Source: a virus
Taxonomy: Duplodnaviria > Caudoviricetes
Virus record (IMG/VR): IMGVR_UViG_3300048123_000029
Span: 884 to 64,883 of that record
Length of the DNA: 64,000 nucleotides
Direction: 5' to 3' (one strand)
The position numbers and the translations under genes are program-made. Every line of letters begins with the position of its first letter. The stretch's first letter is position 1. This document shows positions 21,424-33,900 of this stretch, one piece after another. The notes beneath the pieces are model-generated. The model was not told the DNA's origin and made no database searches. It saw nothing but the letters and a program-made list of their open reading frames with translations.

Positions 21424-24400
21424 ATGCCAGAATTGATTCATACGTTTCTCAAGGGTAAAATGAATAAAGACCTTGATGAGCGTTTAGTTCCAAATGGCGA
21501 GTATAGGGATGCGTTAAACCTAGAGGTAGCTACATCCGAAGGCTCAGACGTCGGTGCATTACAGACATTAGTTGGTAATGTTCAGATGGTCAATCGTACT
21601 TTAAACGATATAACTACGCTGCATACCACATGGGCAGCCTCTGGACTGGCTTATATACCTGCTGACGCTAAATGTATAGGTACCGTAAAAGATGCAACCA
21701 CAGAAAAGATATATTGGTTTATTACATCACAGAGCGTAGATGCTATTGTTGAATATGACCAAATAAGAGATGTTGTATTCCCTATTTTAGTTGATAAAAA
21801 CGGTATACTTGGGTTTAATGAAAACTTTTTAATTACGGGTGTAAACATACTCGAAGGGTTTTTATTTTTTACAGATAACCAAACTGAGCCTAAAAAAATT
21901 GAAATAAAGAAATTTAAAGAGGGTTCATCTGATTTTGCTACACACACACAAATATTCGGCAGAAACTTCATAGAAGCTGATATTACTGTTATAAAAAAAT
22001 CACCTCTTTTACGACCAACTATATATAAAAAGAATACTGTTAGGGATGGTGAGATAGAAACAACTACTACATTTGAGTTTAACACACTGTCTACCGACCC
22101 AGAAGATGATCCTGATGAAACGATCTCTATGGACTTCGGTACTGTTATAACTTTAAACTGGACAAACGCAGTAGACTATATAGCAGGTGACTTTTTATTA
22201 TTAACAATACAAGATCCCGACGATAATTTCTTAAGAGAATTCCAAGCTAGAGTAAAAGTTACACAAGTTGTTTCAGAAGCGCAGGCTATATGTGAATTAC
22301 AAAGCGTAGGTGAGGATCTACCCGCGGGGCCACAAGGGTTTGATGTAGAACTGGAACAAGACGATCCATTATTTGAGTTTAAATTTCCTCGCTTCGCATA
22401 TCGTTATAAGTACGATGATAACCAATTTTCCACATTTTCTCCTTTTACAGAGATAGCATTTATACCAGGTGATGAGTTTGAGTATACAGGTGTTGATGGT
22501 TATAACTTGGCAATGACTAATAACATACGAGTCTTAGAAGTAAGGGATTTTATTACGCCTAACATTCCTGATGATGTAATAGCTATAGATATACTTTACA
22601 AAGAATCAAACAGTACCAATGTGTATCGTGTTGACACTATAGAAAAAACTGCGCCAAATTTACCTGGCCAATCATATAATCAATGGAATGATACAAGCTA
22701 TCAAGAAGGCGGGGCAACAGGTTATAGCGGTAGAATTAAAATAGAGACAGAGCTTATATCTTCTTTATTGCCGTCTAACCAATTACTAAGACCTTATGAT
22801 AACGTTCCTAAAAAAGCGTTGGCTCAAGAAATTACTGGAAATAGAATTATATACGGTAACTACACACAAAACTTTGACATGGTTGACTTCGCTGACAGTG
22901 AGGTTATACCAAACTTTGAGTTTAGTATTGTGCATGATCCTACAAAAAATGAAGATATCATTGAAGACCCGGATAACCCAGGGCAATTTATAAATATATC
23001 ATCAGATCCCGACGGCTCTACGCCGGTGCCATCTTTAAAGTCTATGCGCACATATCAAATGGGTGTGGTATATTTAGACCAATACGGTAGGCAAACGCCG
23101 GTATTTACAAATGATAGCGGTGGTAGATCATTAGCGAAAGAATTTGCAGACCTATACAATACTATAGAGATAGGTATGCTTTCAAACCCGCCAAAGTGGG
23201 CAACACATTACAAGTTTTATGTAAAAGAAACATCTAACGAGTATTATAACTTAGCATTAGATAGATTTTATCTGCCAGAAGATGGTAGTGTATGGTTGTC
23301 TTTTCCGTCTGCCGACAGGAATAAAGTCGACGAAGAAACGTTTTTGGAGCTTAAAAAAGAGCATGACAACAATTCGTTTATTGAAGAAACCGCTAGATAT
23401 AAGATATTAGCTATATCAAACGAAGCGCCAGATGCTGTTAAAATAAGAAGACACCAAGCTGGTAGGCAAACTACAGAGTTTACGGGATCGGGATACCCTC
23501 AAGTTAACAAAGGGTTTTTTGAAATACCCGAAGATGATTTTGACGGTAAAGAAGACGGTACGGGATCCGGTGGTGGATTAGCTGATTTAAACAAAGAGAA
23601 CAATCTTTCTTGTAGAATACTTTCTGGTTCAAATATATCTGATTATTTTGAAATAGAATGGATAAAAAAACAAGGTAATATATATAGAATTCAACTTAGA
23701 TTCCCTACTGATGAAAGCTTAGACTTTATACCAGAAGGACAAACAGGTATACCCTTAGACATAGCAATATATCAATCTAGATCTGAAAATAAACCTGAAT
23801 ATCAAGGTAGATTTTTTGTAAAAATATACAAAGACAACGCTTTAGAACAACGTATAATTAAAAAAGCTGAAGACGCGCAGTTAACTATAGAATACCAAAA
23901 AGAAGTAGCCTATATACAAAAAGGCGGTAAGAGTAGTTTCTGGAGAGATACAGCCCCGGATAATAGTAAAGGATGGTTTTGGGATAAATCATCTCCATTA
24001 GATGTAAGAAGAAGAGCGTCTCCTGATGTTAAATATCAGCGTGGTAATCAAGACGATCGACCATATCAAGGATTAGGTATAGATGTAGGATCTAGAAATT
24101 TAACCATATCATTTCACGGATTTGGTAATCCCTGGAAACAATCTAAAGCTTTCTACAATAGAAAAGGTATTTGGTGGAATTGGCCAACTAATCAACCAAG
24201 CGCTGGCCATCATATAGGTTTTGCTAAAGCGTTAGACACAGCAGGTAGTATATTTAGAATTACAGACGATCCAGATAAAGAGCTTGATTCTCATACTTAC
24301 AATATAACAATGAGCTATCGCTCGGCGTACTGTGTTGCTAGTAGAAGAACTGGTAGACATGGTTCTGGTAAATATGGTAGCCGACGAGTTGTAAGATGGA

Positions 24401-27144
24401 ATATAAAAATAGATAAGCCTATAGCTACGTCTGTAGGTTTACCACCTATTAATACTGGACAGGCAAACCCGACAAGAACAGGTGTAGAATTTTTAAGACT
24501 ATATGCGGTAGATGCGGATACATACACATCTAATAATCCTGCTATATTTGAAACTTACCCAAAGGAAGCTGTTGATTTAGACTTATATTATTCAGCTAGC
24601 GATATATATGAAATACAAAATGCCGGTAGCACTATGGCTGCTCACCAACCATTACAAAAACTAGATTGGTTTAATTGCTATTCTTTTGGGCAAGGCGTAG
24701 AATCTGATCGTATACGTGATGATTTCAATGCAACCCGTATAGACAAGGGTCCTGTTGTTTCAACTGTTTTAGACGAGGCGTATGGCGAAGAAACAAAAGC
24801 CACAGGTTTAATATTCTCACAAATATTTAATTCTACTTCTGGTATTAATAGGTTAAACCAGTTTATAGCTGCAGAACCAATAACTAAAGATTTAAACCCG
24901 TATTATACAAGTGTTCAAAAGCTGCACTCAAGAGATACTGACTTAATTGCTTTCTGTGAAGATAAAGTTCTTAAGGTATTAGCAAATAAAGATGCGCTAT
25001 TTAATGCTGATGGTAACACAAACATTGTAGGTAATACAGCCGTGTTGGGGCAATCAATACCTTTCCTTGGTGAATATGGTATATCTAAAAACCCAGAGAG
25101 CTTTGCTACTTATGGTTTTAGAGCATACTTTACTGATAAAAACAGAGGTGTTATTTTAAGATTATCACGAAATGGGTTAGAAGAAATTTCATCCGCTAAT
25201 ATGCGTGATTTCTTTGCTGATAACTTACACTCATCAAGCGTGTTATTAGGCTCATACGACGACGATAAGGACGTTTATAACCTTACGCTTAATAATCTTA
25301 CAGATGAATGGAAAGATAAGCTTAAACTTAATTATTTTAACCCGTCATTAACTCAAACTGGAACTACTGTTTCCTTTAAAGAAGACGTTAAAGGCTGGAC
25401 TTCTCGTAAAGATTTTATACCTGAAGGTGCTATATCCTTAAATAACAAATATTACAGTATTAAAAATGGTAAGATTTGGGAGCACGGGGCAACAAGCGCT
25501 ACAAGAAATAATTTTTATGGTGTTCAATATGACAGCTCGATTAGATTTCTAATAAATGACCAGCCAAATATTGTTAAAAAATATAAAACATTAAATTATT
25601 CAGGTACAGAATCTAGGGAGTATAGATACCAGGTAGAAGGAAAGCCAGAGGAGCAAACATTTAATTTAGCTGAATTACAAGCTAATCCAAATTATAATCC
25701 AACAAACGAGGTGTTTACGCCTGGTTGGTATACAAGTTTAATACAAACAAATCTTCAAGAAGGTAGCGTTAAAGAGTTTTTGGATAAAGAAGGCAAATAC
25801 TTTAATTACATAAAAGGTATTGGCACGCAATTTAGTACTAATTTAGATAACAATTTAGATGCCGCAGAGTTTTCAATGCAAGGTATTGGACGTGCGGAAA
25901 TATCAGGGGATACTCAAAGTTCATTTGTTTTACATGTGGAAGTTGACCCGTCTTGTTTTGTGGCAAGAGTTGCGCCTTATGTTATGAATGGAAGTTTAAC
26001 CTCTATAGAAGATTGTACTACTTGTCCGACAATTGACCTTGCTAATTTAACTACAGACAATAATATACCAGCAGGGGTTATTACATATGATATTACATCG
26101 GATAACACAAATAATGGGGCATTAACTATAAATGGCAGCATTGTTACTTTTACTCCAAACGCAAACTTTAACGGTGACGCTGGGGCATTTAACTTTACGG
26201 CAACTGATACCTTTAATGGATCACAACTTGTAAGCAATGTTGGTACAGTTACAATTGCGGTTGATCCAGTCGCAGATATTCCTTACTTTACAACAACTCC
26301 ACCAACTACAGCGTATGCTATAGGTGATACGTATATTTATAATGTCGGAGTAGCTGACGCAGATCATACTGGGGCGGAGTTAACTATAACTTCAAGTAAT
26401 ATACCAAGCTGGTTGACACTTACTGATAACGGAGACGGGACCGCCGTTGTAACAGGCACAGTCCCAGATGCCCAACCATACTCTTTTGATTTGGTTGTAA
26501 GCGATCCGGATAATCCGCCTAATACAGCTACACAAAATGTAACCGTAGAAGGTTTAGCTAATTTACTAACTAACTTAGACATAATAGGTAGGTATGTTTC
26601 TACTAACGAACCACAAGGGGTATGGGTTGACCCTAGCACTGGGGTACAAACAACGGTATGCGCATCTCCAGCTTCAGGTGGTCATAGTTGCAGCAGGGGT
26701 ACATTTAATATATTTGCAGCAGCGGATTCTGGTAACGCTGTAGAAATTGGTAGAGTTCATATTTCTAACACAGGCGGCGGTGGCTCAAACTATGTTGATA
26801 GTGATGGCAACCCAACACCCGATTTAGGTGCGCCAAGTGGAAATGAAAAATACTATACGCCACAAGGGCAGGTTAGAAGCACGAGCGATAGATATAGTGC
26901 TTTCAAAATAAGTGAAGCGGATGCCCAGACATTAGCGCAAAACTCAAGCAATGGTCAGATTACGTTTTTTATGGAATGTGGTACATTTAATACTGGTACT
27001 ACAACCGCTAATTGCCACAGCACCGCTCTTTGGTTTAATGTATTTGACGGCAACGCACAACAAATACTTTGTACGGCATTTACAACCGGAACTTTAATAA
27101 CAATTGACATATATACAGGTCAACCCGTAAATCCAATACCATAA
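21424..27144 (+). CDS. Tail stabilisation/nozzle protein with C-terminal Ig/cadherin-like domains
   Basis: GKMNKDLDERL.P.GEYRDALN start; YGISKNPESFA..GFRAYFTD; C-terminal VTFTPNANFNG and PSWLTLTDNGDGTA motifs. Confidence 0.7.
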   Translation: MPELIHTFLKGKMNKDLDERLVPNGEYRDALNLEVATSEGSDVGALQTLVGNVQMVNRTLNDITTLHTTWAASGLAYIPADAKCIGTVKDATTEKIYWFITSQSVDAIVEYDQIRDVVFPILVDKNGILGFNENFLITGVNILEGFLFFTDNQTEPKKIEIKKFKEGSSDFATHTQIFGRNFIEADITVIKKSPLLRPTIYKKNTVRDGEIETTTTFEFNTLSTDPEDDPDETISMDFGTVITLNWTNAVDYIAGDFLLLTIQDPDDNFLREFQARVKVTQVVSEAQAICELQSVGEDLPAGPQGFDVELEQDDPLFEFKFPRFAYRYKYDDNQFSTFSPFTEIAFIPGDEFEYTGVDGYNLAMTNNIRVLEVRDFITPNIPDDVIAIDILYKESNSTNVYRVDTIEKTAPNLPGQSYNQWNDTSYQEGGATGYSGRIKIETELISSLLPSNQLLRPYDNVPKKALAQEITGNRIIYGNYTQNFDMVDFADSEVIPNFEFSIVHDPTKNEDIIEDPDNPGQFINISSDPDGSTPVPSLKSMRTYQMGVVYLDQYGRQTPVFTNDSGGRSLAKEFADLYNTIEIGMLSNPPKWATHYKFYVKETSNEYYNLALDRFYLPEDGSVWLSFPSADRNKVDEETFLELKKEHDNNSFIEETARYKILAISNEAPDAVKIRRHQAGRQTTEFTGSGYPQVNKGFFEIPEDDFDGKEDGTGSGGGLADLNKENNLSCRILSGSNISDYFEIEWIKKQGNIYRIQLRFPTDESLDFIPEGQTGIPLDIAIYQSRSENKPEYQGRFFVKIYKDNALEQRIIKKAEDAQLTIEYQKEVAYIQKGGKSSFWRDTAPDNSKGWFWDKSSPLDVRRRASPDVKYQRGNQDDRPYQGLGIDVGSRNLTISFHGFGNPWKQSKAFYNRKGIWWNWPTNQPSAGHHIGFAKALDTAGSIFRITDDPDKELDSHTYNITMSYRSAYCVASRRTGRHGSGKYGSRRVVRWNIKIDKPIATSVGLPPINTGQANPTRTGVEFLRLYAVDADTYTSNNPAIFETYPKEAVDLDLYYSASDIYEIQNAGSTMAAHQPLQKLDWFNCYSFGQGVESDRIRDDFNATRIDKGPVVSTVLDEAYGEETKATGLIFSQIFNSTSGINRLNQFIAAEPITKDLNPYYTSVQKLHSRDTDLIAFCEDKVLKVLANKDALFNADGNTNIVGNTAVLGQSIPFLGEYGISKNPESFATYGFRAYFTDKNRGVILRLSRNGLEEISSANMRDFFADNLHSSSVLLGSYDDDKDVYNLTLNNLTDEWKDKLKLNYFNPSLTQTGTTVSFKEDVKGWTSRKDFIPEGAISLNNKYYSIKNGKIWEHGATSATRNNFYGVQYDSSIRFLINDQPNIVKKYKTLNYSGTESREYRYQVEGKPEEQTFNLAELQANPNYNPTNEVFTPGWYTSLIQTNLQEGSVKEFLDKEGKYFNYIKGIGTQFSTNLDNNLDAAEFSMQGIGRAEISGDTQSSFVLHVEVDPSCFVARVAPYVMNGSLTSIEDCTTCPTIDLANLTTDNNIPAGVITYDITSDNTNNGALTINGSIVTFTPNANFNGDAGAFNFTATDTFNGSQLVSNVGTVTIAVDPVADIPYFTTTPPTTAYAIGDTYIYNVGVADADHTGAELTITSSNIPSWLTLTDNGDGTAVVTGTVPDAQPYSFDLVVSDPDNPPNTATQNVTVEGLANLLTNLDIIGRYVSTNEPQGVWVDPSTGVQTTVCASPASGGHSCSRGTFNIFAAADSGNAVEIGRVHISNTGGGGSNYVDSDGNPTPDLGAPSGNEKYYTPQGQVRSTSDRYSAFKISEADAQTLAQNSSNGQITFFMECGTFNTGTTTANCHSTALWFNVFDGNAQQILCTAFTTGTLITIDIYTGQPVNPIP

Positions 27145-28667
27145 TGAGTAATATAGTAGCAATAGATAATTTTACGGTAACATCAGAAGAATTCATAATA
27201 CCAGGCGGCGATTTGATAAGCAGTGTTGCTCCTCAAGCTGTATTAACAATAACACCTAATCAGGGTTACGAGATTGAGGCAAGTAATTTTACGGTTGTTT
27301 CGTCAAACCCAGAGGTAGATGTACCTAGCTCTTATTTTACACAAGACGGTGAAAACGTTATGCTGACAGTTGTTTTTGTATCGACAGCAACTATGCCTAG
27401 TAATAATCTTGATATAAAAGTATGTATGCGTGGAGCAGCTCAAGAGCTTGGTGTAACTATTGCAGGTACTGTATTTTATGATACAGCAAACGCTACGCCA
27501 TTGCCCCAAAACTTACCTTATACAAATTCAGGGCCGGCGGAAAGTACGGAAGAAATATTATCACAGCTTATACAAGCCGATACGGGTTACTATTTTCAAT
27601 CTACGCCAACCATATCTCTTAGAACTGGCGATCCAACTGACTACAACTTATATACAACAGGCTCTGTACTTGATTCGGATAACAGGTTAACCGCTATAAG
27701 AGTTAATGCAGACTACACATATCCTTTTGTAAATCATAGCGGCGATGAAATAGACGTATATGCACACGCAATAGAAATACCCGTTATTTTAGAATATGTA
27801 ACTGGATATTCAATAAATACAACAGTTCCAGCCGCACAGACGGTTAGAAATCTAGCTATAACAGGTGTTCAAGGGGCAGACTATTCTTTAACAATAGATA
27901 ACGGCGCTACTTTTTCTAACGGCACAAATGCCATTACAGGTGTATTGCCTTCTGGCCAAGAGCTTGTACCTATAACATTCCCAACGGTAACATCAACCAC
28001 AACACACAATTTAACATTTGTTGTTCCTGGGACGGATTTAAGTCCTGATTTTAGTCAGCCTAATCCAATAGTTTTCCAAAGAAGAGTTATTACTTCTATT
28101 CAATTAAGTGGAACAATAACCTCTGGTGATACTGATCTTTCAGTTACTAATCCTACACCATTGGCTTTAGACGCTAGTTATAGCTTTACACAAAGCGGCA
28201 GTCTGACCCATGATATTACTATTTCACCTTTAGCGGACTTCACTATAGCATGGACAGATACTAATTCTTTAGTTGATTCTGATTTTACAAAAACAGAAGC
28301 CGATGGTAATTTTACAATAACTCAAGGAGCAAAGCTACTAAATTTAGGAAGTTCTGATTTAACACTTAGGGTTGATATTACTTCGCCATTTACAGGCGTA
28401 CAGAATATGAGTTACGCACTTACAAATGATATTGATACTTACATTACTAAAACGTACGTATGTGCTGCGCTTGATTTTGACAATTCACAGGGAACTGTAG
28501 ACTCCGTATATGAATATGCTGATTGTGACACTGGCGCAATTACACAAGAAACAGTGCCCGCGGGAGGGGTTGTTACAGGGCAATGTGCTCGACTAATGCC
28601 ACCAGCTTCATTAATATCAGGTGATGGAAATCCACCTGCCCTTAACCCAACGATAACATGCCCATAA
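27144..28667 (+). CDS. Virion/tail accessory beta-rich protein
   Basis: 507 aa, T/S/D-rich, Cys-containing C-terminus. Confidence 0.5.
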   Translation: MSNIVAIDNFTVTSEEFIIPGGDLISSVAPQAVLTITPNQGYEIEASNFTVVSSNPEVDVPSSYFTQDGENVMLTVVFVSTATMPSNNLDIKVCMRGAAQELGVTIAGTVFYDTANATPLPQNLPYTNSGPAESTEEILSQLIQADTGYYFQSTPTISLRTGDPTDYNLYTTGSVLDSDNRLTAIRVNADYTYPFVNHSGDEIDVYAHAIEIPVILEYVTGYSINTTVPAAQTVRNLAITGVQGADYSLTIDNGATFSNGTNAITGVLPSGQELVPITFPTVTSTTTHNLTFVVPGTDLSPDFSQPNPIVFQRRVITSIQLSGTITSGDTDLSVTNPTPLALDASYSFTQSGSLTHDITISPLADFTIAWTDTNSLVDSDFTKTEADGNFTITQGAKLLNLGSSDLTLRVDITSPFTGVQNMSYALTNDIDTYITKTYVCAALDFDNSQGTVDSVYEYADCDTGAITQETVPAGGVVTGQCARLMPPASLISGDGNPPALNPTITCP

Positions 28668-28668
28668 T

Positions 28669-29001
28669 ATGGATCAAATAACATTAGCATTTAGCAGTCC
28701 CATACAAGTATCTGTACAAATTGGAGATATACTATATTACACGAACGATCCAATGGGTGTAACCGTTGTAAAAATAGGTGATGTTGTGTCAATAGACTAC
28801 GGCACAAATACAATTGTATGTAACATAGCTTCACAAACAGTTAGACCAACGTCTACGTCGTTTATATTATTTACTAAAGATAATAAAGTTAATACAAGCG
28901 GCATATTAGGATATTTCGCGGAGGTTGAACTTAGAAACGATTCATTAAACAAATCAGAGTTGTTTTCTGTGGGCTCAGAGATATTTGAGAGCAGTAAATA
29001 A
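28669..29001 (+). CDS. Conserved tail-region protein
   Basis: SVQIGDILYY...SGILGYFAEV...ELFSVGSE. Confidence 0.55.
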   Translation: MDQITLAFSSPIQVSVQIGDILYYTNDPMGVTVVKIGDVVSIDYGTNTIVCNIASQTVRPTSTSFILFTKDNKVNTSGILGYFAEVELRNDSLNKSELFSVGSEIFESSK

Positions 29002-29033
29002 CACGTAATAATAAATTATAAAACAATAAAATT

Positions 29034-29672
29034 ATGATACCAGTAGCAGCAGCAATGGGCGCCGTAAAGGGCTTAACCGGAATAGCGGGTGGTATTATAG
29101 GTAGTGGAAAAAGAAAAAGAGAAGAAGCAGCGGCTCAAGAAGAGTACGATATGTTCAAAACTCAATACCAAGAACTTGACACATCTAACCTATACGCTAA
29201 CTTAGAAAATACTATGGAAGACTTAACTGTCGACCAAAGAGCAGCGGAGTTCCAGTTGCAAGCGCAGCAACAGGGGCAAGCTAATATTATGGATCAGATG
29301 TCCGGAGCAGCTGGTGGGTCTGGTATAGCCGCGTTGGCGCAAGCGATGGCTAACCAACAAACGCAAGGAGCGGCACAAGCAGCGGCAAGTATAGGGCAGC
29401 AAGAAAGATCTAACCAAATGGCTAAGGCACAAATGGCGGGGCAATTACAATCTCAAGAAGCGCAAGGAGCTGAACAAGCAAGATCATTAGAATATAGTAA
29501 AACTAGCACACAACTTGGAATGGCACAACAAAGATTAGGTGCCGCTAAACAAGCAAGAGCAGCCGCTACTCAATCTATTATGGGCGGTGTTGGTGGTTTG
29601 CTCGGAGCTGGTGTAGAAGCTGGAGCGGCCGGAGCTTTTGGAGAAGGAGTCGCGGGAATCTTAGGCGGATAA
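29034..29672 (+). CDS. Putative ejection/internal virion protein 1
   Basis: G/A-rich hydrophobic termini with a Q/A coiled coil, typical of podophage pilot proteins. Confidence 0.6.
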   Translation: MIPVAAAMGAVKGLTGIAGGIIGSGKRKREEAAAQEEYDMFKTQYQELDTSNLYANLENTMEDLTVDQRAAEFQLQAQQQGQANIMDQMSGAAGGSGIAALAQAMANQQTQGAAQAAASIGQQERSNQMAKAQMAGQLQSQEAQGAEQARSLEYSKTSTQLGMAQQRLGAAKQARAAATQSIMGGVGGLLGAGVEAGAAGAFGEGVAGILGG

Positions 29673-29682
29673 ATAAAATATT

Positions 29683-30897
29683 ATGGCAAAAAAAGCACAA
29701 AGAAATTACGGCGCTGACTTAAGTTTAGTTAGAGGCGAGGGAGCAATGAGGCAGGCTGGCGGGTTTCAACCGCTTATGCAAGCTTTTGACGCACCTATGC
29801 AACGCCTACAACAAGCCGCTAAAGAAAGACAAGCGAGAGAGCAACAAAGAAATAATAAAGTAGAGAGTTATATTTCTGCTTTAAACTCTAATATTGATGT
29901 TACAGCGTTAACTGAAACTGATCAAAAAGCGGTTAATCAATATTTAATGGGTGTTAAAGACGAATATGCACAAGCAGCAAGCGCTATAGTAAACTTTAAA
30001 CCCGGCACGCCTGAGTACATGGAGCAGCTTGATATTATGAATGGCGTTAAAAACAGCCTCGGTAATTTGAAGGGGCAGCTTGATGGCTATCAAGAGTCTA
30101 AAGGAAATTACATGGACTCCTTTAAAGATCAGTCTGCTGGTAATAATAGTTTACAGTCAGACAATGCGGCAAACATATTTACAGGTGAAACACCTTTTAC
30201 AATAGGCACAGGTGGGAATTTGTTCTTTCAAGGGCAAGATGGTACTAATATGGCTTATAAAGATATTAAGATGCCGTTTAAAAAAGACTACAAAACAGCA
30301 ATGCAATATAATGATTTGTTTACACCTATTTATAACTCTGGTACATACGATTCAACTAAACAAAAGGTTTTTGAAGATAGAATTAGAGCAATGATGTCTT
30401 CTAATCCAGACGGAATGAAGTCTATTATTGCTGATGAATTAAGTAGCTTTGGCGAATACCAAGATCTTATGCCATTGCTGGATGATCCAGCTAAGCTTGA
30501 AGAAGTTACAGAGGCGTTTGTCCAAAGATCTAGTGAGGCAGCGCGTAGTGCGGCGGCGGAAGGTAAAGCTAAAAAACAAACAACAGATGGCGGTTATCAA
30601 CCTAGAATTGCAAGAGTTAAAGAAAATGCCTACAAAGGCCCAAATGGTACCGTATATAAGATAACCACATTATCTAATAATCAAAAAATAATTGAAGATG
30701 ATTTTGGTAATGTTTATGAAGGTGATGTAAGCAAGTTAACCCCAGCAGGAGGCGGTGACGAAACTACTACAACTACCACCACTCCGCCTAAAGAGGAAAT
30801 AAACATGCAACTTGTTCAGGGGATGATGGCCCAATGCAAAATTGATGAAACTACCGCAATAGCACGTGTTAAAAACAAACAATACGATTGTCCATAA
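29683..30897 (+). CDS. Putative ejection/internal virion protein 2
   Basis: 404 aa, helical; lies between the pilot-like and giant ORFs. Confidence 0.5.
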   Translation: MAKKAQRNYGADLSLVRGEGAMRQAGGFQPLMQAFDAPMQRLQQAAKERQAREQQRNNKVESYISALNSNIDVTALTETDQKAVNQYLMGVKDEYAQAASAIVNFKPGTPEYMEQLDIMNGVKNSLGNLKGQLDGYQESKGNYMDSFKDQSAGNNSLQSDNAANIFTGETPFTIGTGGNLFFQGQDGTNMAYKDIKMPFKKDYKTAMQYNDLFTPIYNSGTYDSTKQKVFEDRIRAMMSSNPDGMKSIIADELSSFGEYQDLMPLLDDPAKLEEVTEAFVQRSSEAARSAAAEGKAKKQTTDGGYQPRIARVKENAYKGPNGTVYKITTLSNNQKIIEDDFGNVYEGDVSKLTPAGGGDETTTTTTTPPKEEINMQLVQGMMAQCKIDETTAIARVKNKQYDCP

Positions 30898-30912
30898 TAA
30901 AATTAAATAAAT

Positions 30913-33900
30913 ATGTTCAAAATAAAAATAGACGGCGTTGAGTATGAAATTAATGATTCTAACATCGGTGTTTTTCAAAACGCTTATGGCGATTTAGAAC
31001 AATACAAAATAGAAGAAAATACTTTTCAACAAGACCCTGCAAGTGCGGAGACAAATGTAGGGTCGAAAAACAATACGGTCTCCAATTCGGAAAATGGTTT
31101 ATTGGAATCAAATCAACCACCTGAAAGATATATTAATTATAAACGTAACGGTAAAGACGCTTCAATGTCTGAATCCGAATATAATAATTTCTATGCAGAC
31201 TTAGAGGACAAAGGTAGATACCCTGCGGAATTTGATGTTTATGTTGCAAAAACTTTTCCAAATACTAAAATCCAAACGACAAACTTTGACGAGGGCGCGA
31301 TGCTTGACGAGGTTGTTGTTAAAGCAGAGTTATCAGACGAAGTAAAACAAGCTAAAAAAGACAGCACAGAGCTTACTGCAGTTATTGAAGCTGAAACACC
31401 TGAAGCAAATTATGAAGAGATCGCAGGGGATTATTTTACTGGATTAAACGACGATGGTCAAATAACTGGTATGAATAGACCTCAATTTTTTCCTACATTA
31501 AGAAACTCCGACGGATCGCCCCAAATGTGGCAAGGTAAGGAAAGAAAAAGTGGATTTTCAGAATATAAAAATGATTATGATACTGATTTAAAAAACCATT
31601 TAGGCCCTGTAAAATACAAACAGTATATAACCGCCAAAGAATTAGCTGAAGCAAACGGTGAAAATCTTACAAAAGAAAACGTAAACCAGTATATTAGTTT
31701 AGAATTAATTCAAGATAACAAAAACGACAAGACTATAGACTCTGTTGTAGCTAGTAAAAGAAGTAAGGCTGCTGAAAATTACACAAGAGACATAGGCGGA
31801 TTTTATGTTACTGATGAAGAACAAAAAAGACAGGATTTATTAGAGCAATTTACTGGAACTGATGAAGTTGTTACAAAGAAAAATACTGCTTTATTAAATG
31901 AAAAAGAAAGAGCGCTTAGAGATGCTAGAGATTTTGAAGCTAAATTCGGAAGGCCATTAGTTAGAACTGAAAAACTTCAGGGTAGAACATATACCCCATT
32001 TAACAGAGAGCTTACCCTTAATAAAGTACAAGAGGGAGAAGAAAAAAGAATAGCAAAAGAAGCGGGTGAGATTGAAAGTGCAGTAAAAATATTTGATACT
32101 CAAGCAACAGAGTTAAATAATGTACAGGATGAAATTAGAAACTACAATGTAGAACAAGATAATTTTAACAATCCTGAGGAGGTTGCTTTTAGAGATAGCT
32201 TATTTGATCGCCAAAGGGTATTAATGAACGAATTACAAGCTGATCAATTAATACTTCAAGCCCGAGCTGATAAACTTACCAATGATTTAAATGTGTATAG
32301 CACGACAAATGTGGCTGACGCCGCTTTAGTTAAGTCTTACCAAACATCGGATTTGCTAGCGAACACATGGGAAAGCGCTTTTTTAGGTTCAGCAGCCCAA
32401 TTAGGGGGTGCTATAATTTCTCCTTTTGATGGTGGTATAACTTATGAAGCTGCAACTAATTATAATCAAAGACTGCAAAGTGAGGCTCAAAAATATTTAC
32501 CACAAGCTTTAACAAGCGATGATGACTCAAGTGCAGCGCAGTATTTTGGGGACATGCTCATCAGGAACTCCCCTTCAATAGCTGTGGCTGCTGCAACAAT
32601 GGGTGCAGGTGCGGGGCTAACCGGCGCTGCTAGGCTTGCCGCTATAAGACAAGCATCCAATGCTTCAATGGGTATATTCTTTACTATGGAAGCTGGTGGG
32701 CAGTTATCTAATTTAGAGATTCAGCAAAGAGAAGCGCCAAAAATGATCGCTGCTTTAAATAAACAAATAGAAGAAGCAAAAGCTAACGGTACACCCCTAA
32801 ACGAAATAAATAAATTAGAGGCAGATAAAGAATATCAAGAAAACATATTAAGCTTAAACGCTTTTCAAAAAGGGTTTAACAGTACAATTTATGGTGGAAC
32901 TGCCGCTTTAGCTGAAAGACTAGGATCTTTAGGTTTTGTTAAAAACTTTCAAAAATATTCAAGAGCCATAGGCGGTAACACGTTAAGAAAACAATTCGGT
33001 GAAACCTTAGGCACTAATATAAGTAAAGGCTTAGGTAACGTTACTGCTGTTGGGGCTATAGGCCCAGGTATAGAATTTATTGAAGAAGGTGCGACATTAA
33101 TTGCGCAAAATTTAAGTGATAACTTAATTTTTCAACCGGAAAATCCTAAAAGTTTAATTGATGGTTTAGATGGCGAATTTTTTAGAAATACGTATGTAAC
33201 ATCTTTAGCTATTGGTGGAGCGGGTGCAAGCCAAAACGTTATGACTGCATTAAACAATGAAGTTAAAACTAGAAAGCAAGCTAGACAAGAAAATGAAATA
33301 CGCGATAAATTAATAGATGTATCAAATAAGCTAAACACATTAGACGGCAGAACAAAGGAAGCTAGAAATTTAAAACAAGAAAGAGACAATCTAATAAGTG
33401 ATGCTGCAGATTTAAATACAGCAATACCTTTAAATTTAAAAGGTCTTACTGGCAGTGAAATAAATAGAGTCTTTGAGAATGCTGCAAGCATTAGAAAATT
33501 AAAATACCAAGCTTCCCAATTAGATTTAGCTAGTTTTGATGCAAGAGATCGTAGAGAATTCGAGCGATTAAAAAATGCGTCTCAAGTTTTATATAATGAA
33601 AGCCAATCAATATTAGGTAGATCAGAAGCTGAAATAGAAAAGTTAGCAAAAAACACACCAAACCCACTTGTCACGGAGGTTAACTTTCGCAGGTTTAACA
33701 TGTTTAAAGAAATCGCTAAAGAAACTAAAGGTGTTAATGTCATAGATATAAATAACGAGGAGCAGTTTAACGCTTACTTAAAAGAAAACAAACTTGATGG
33801 CAAAAAATATAGCTATACGGCTATGAACGAAGGTAATAACAGCGCAGCTCAGGTTAACAATGATATATTAATTTTTAATGAAATCGCCGCAAGAAATATG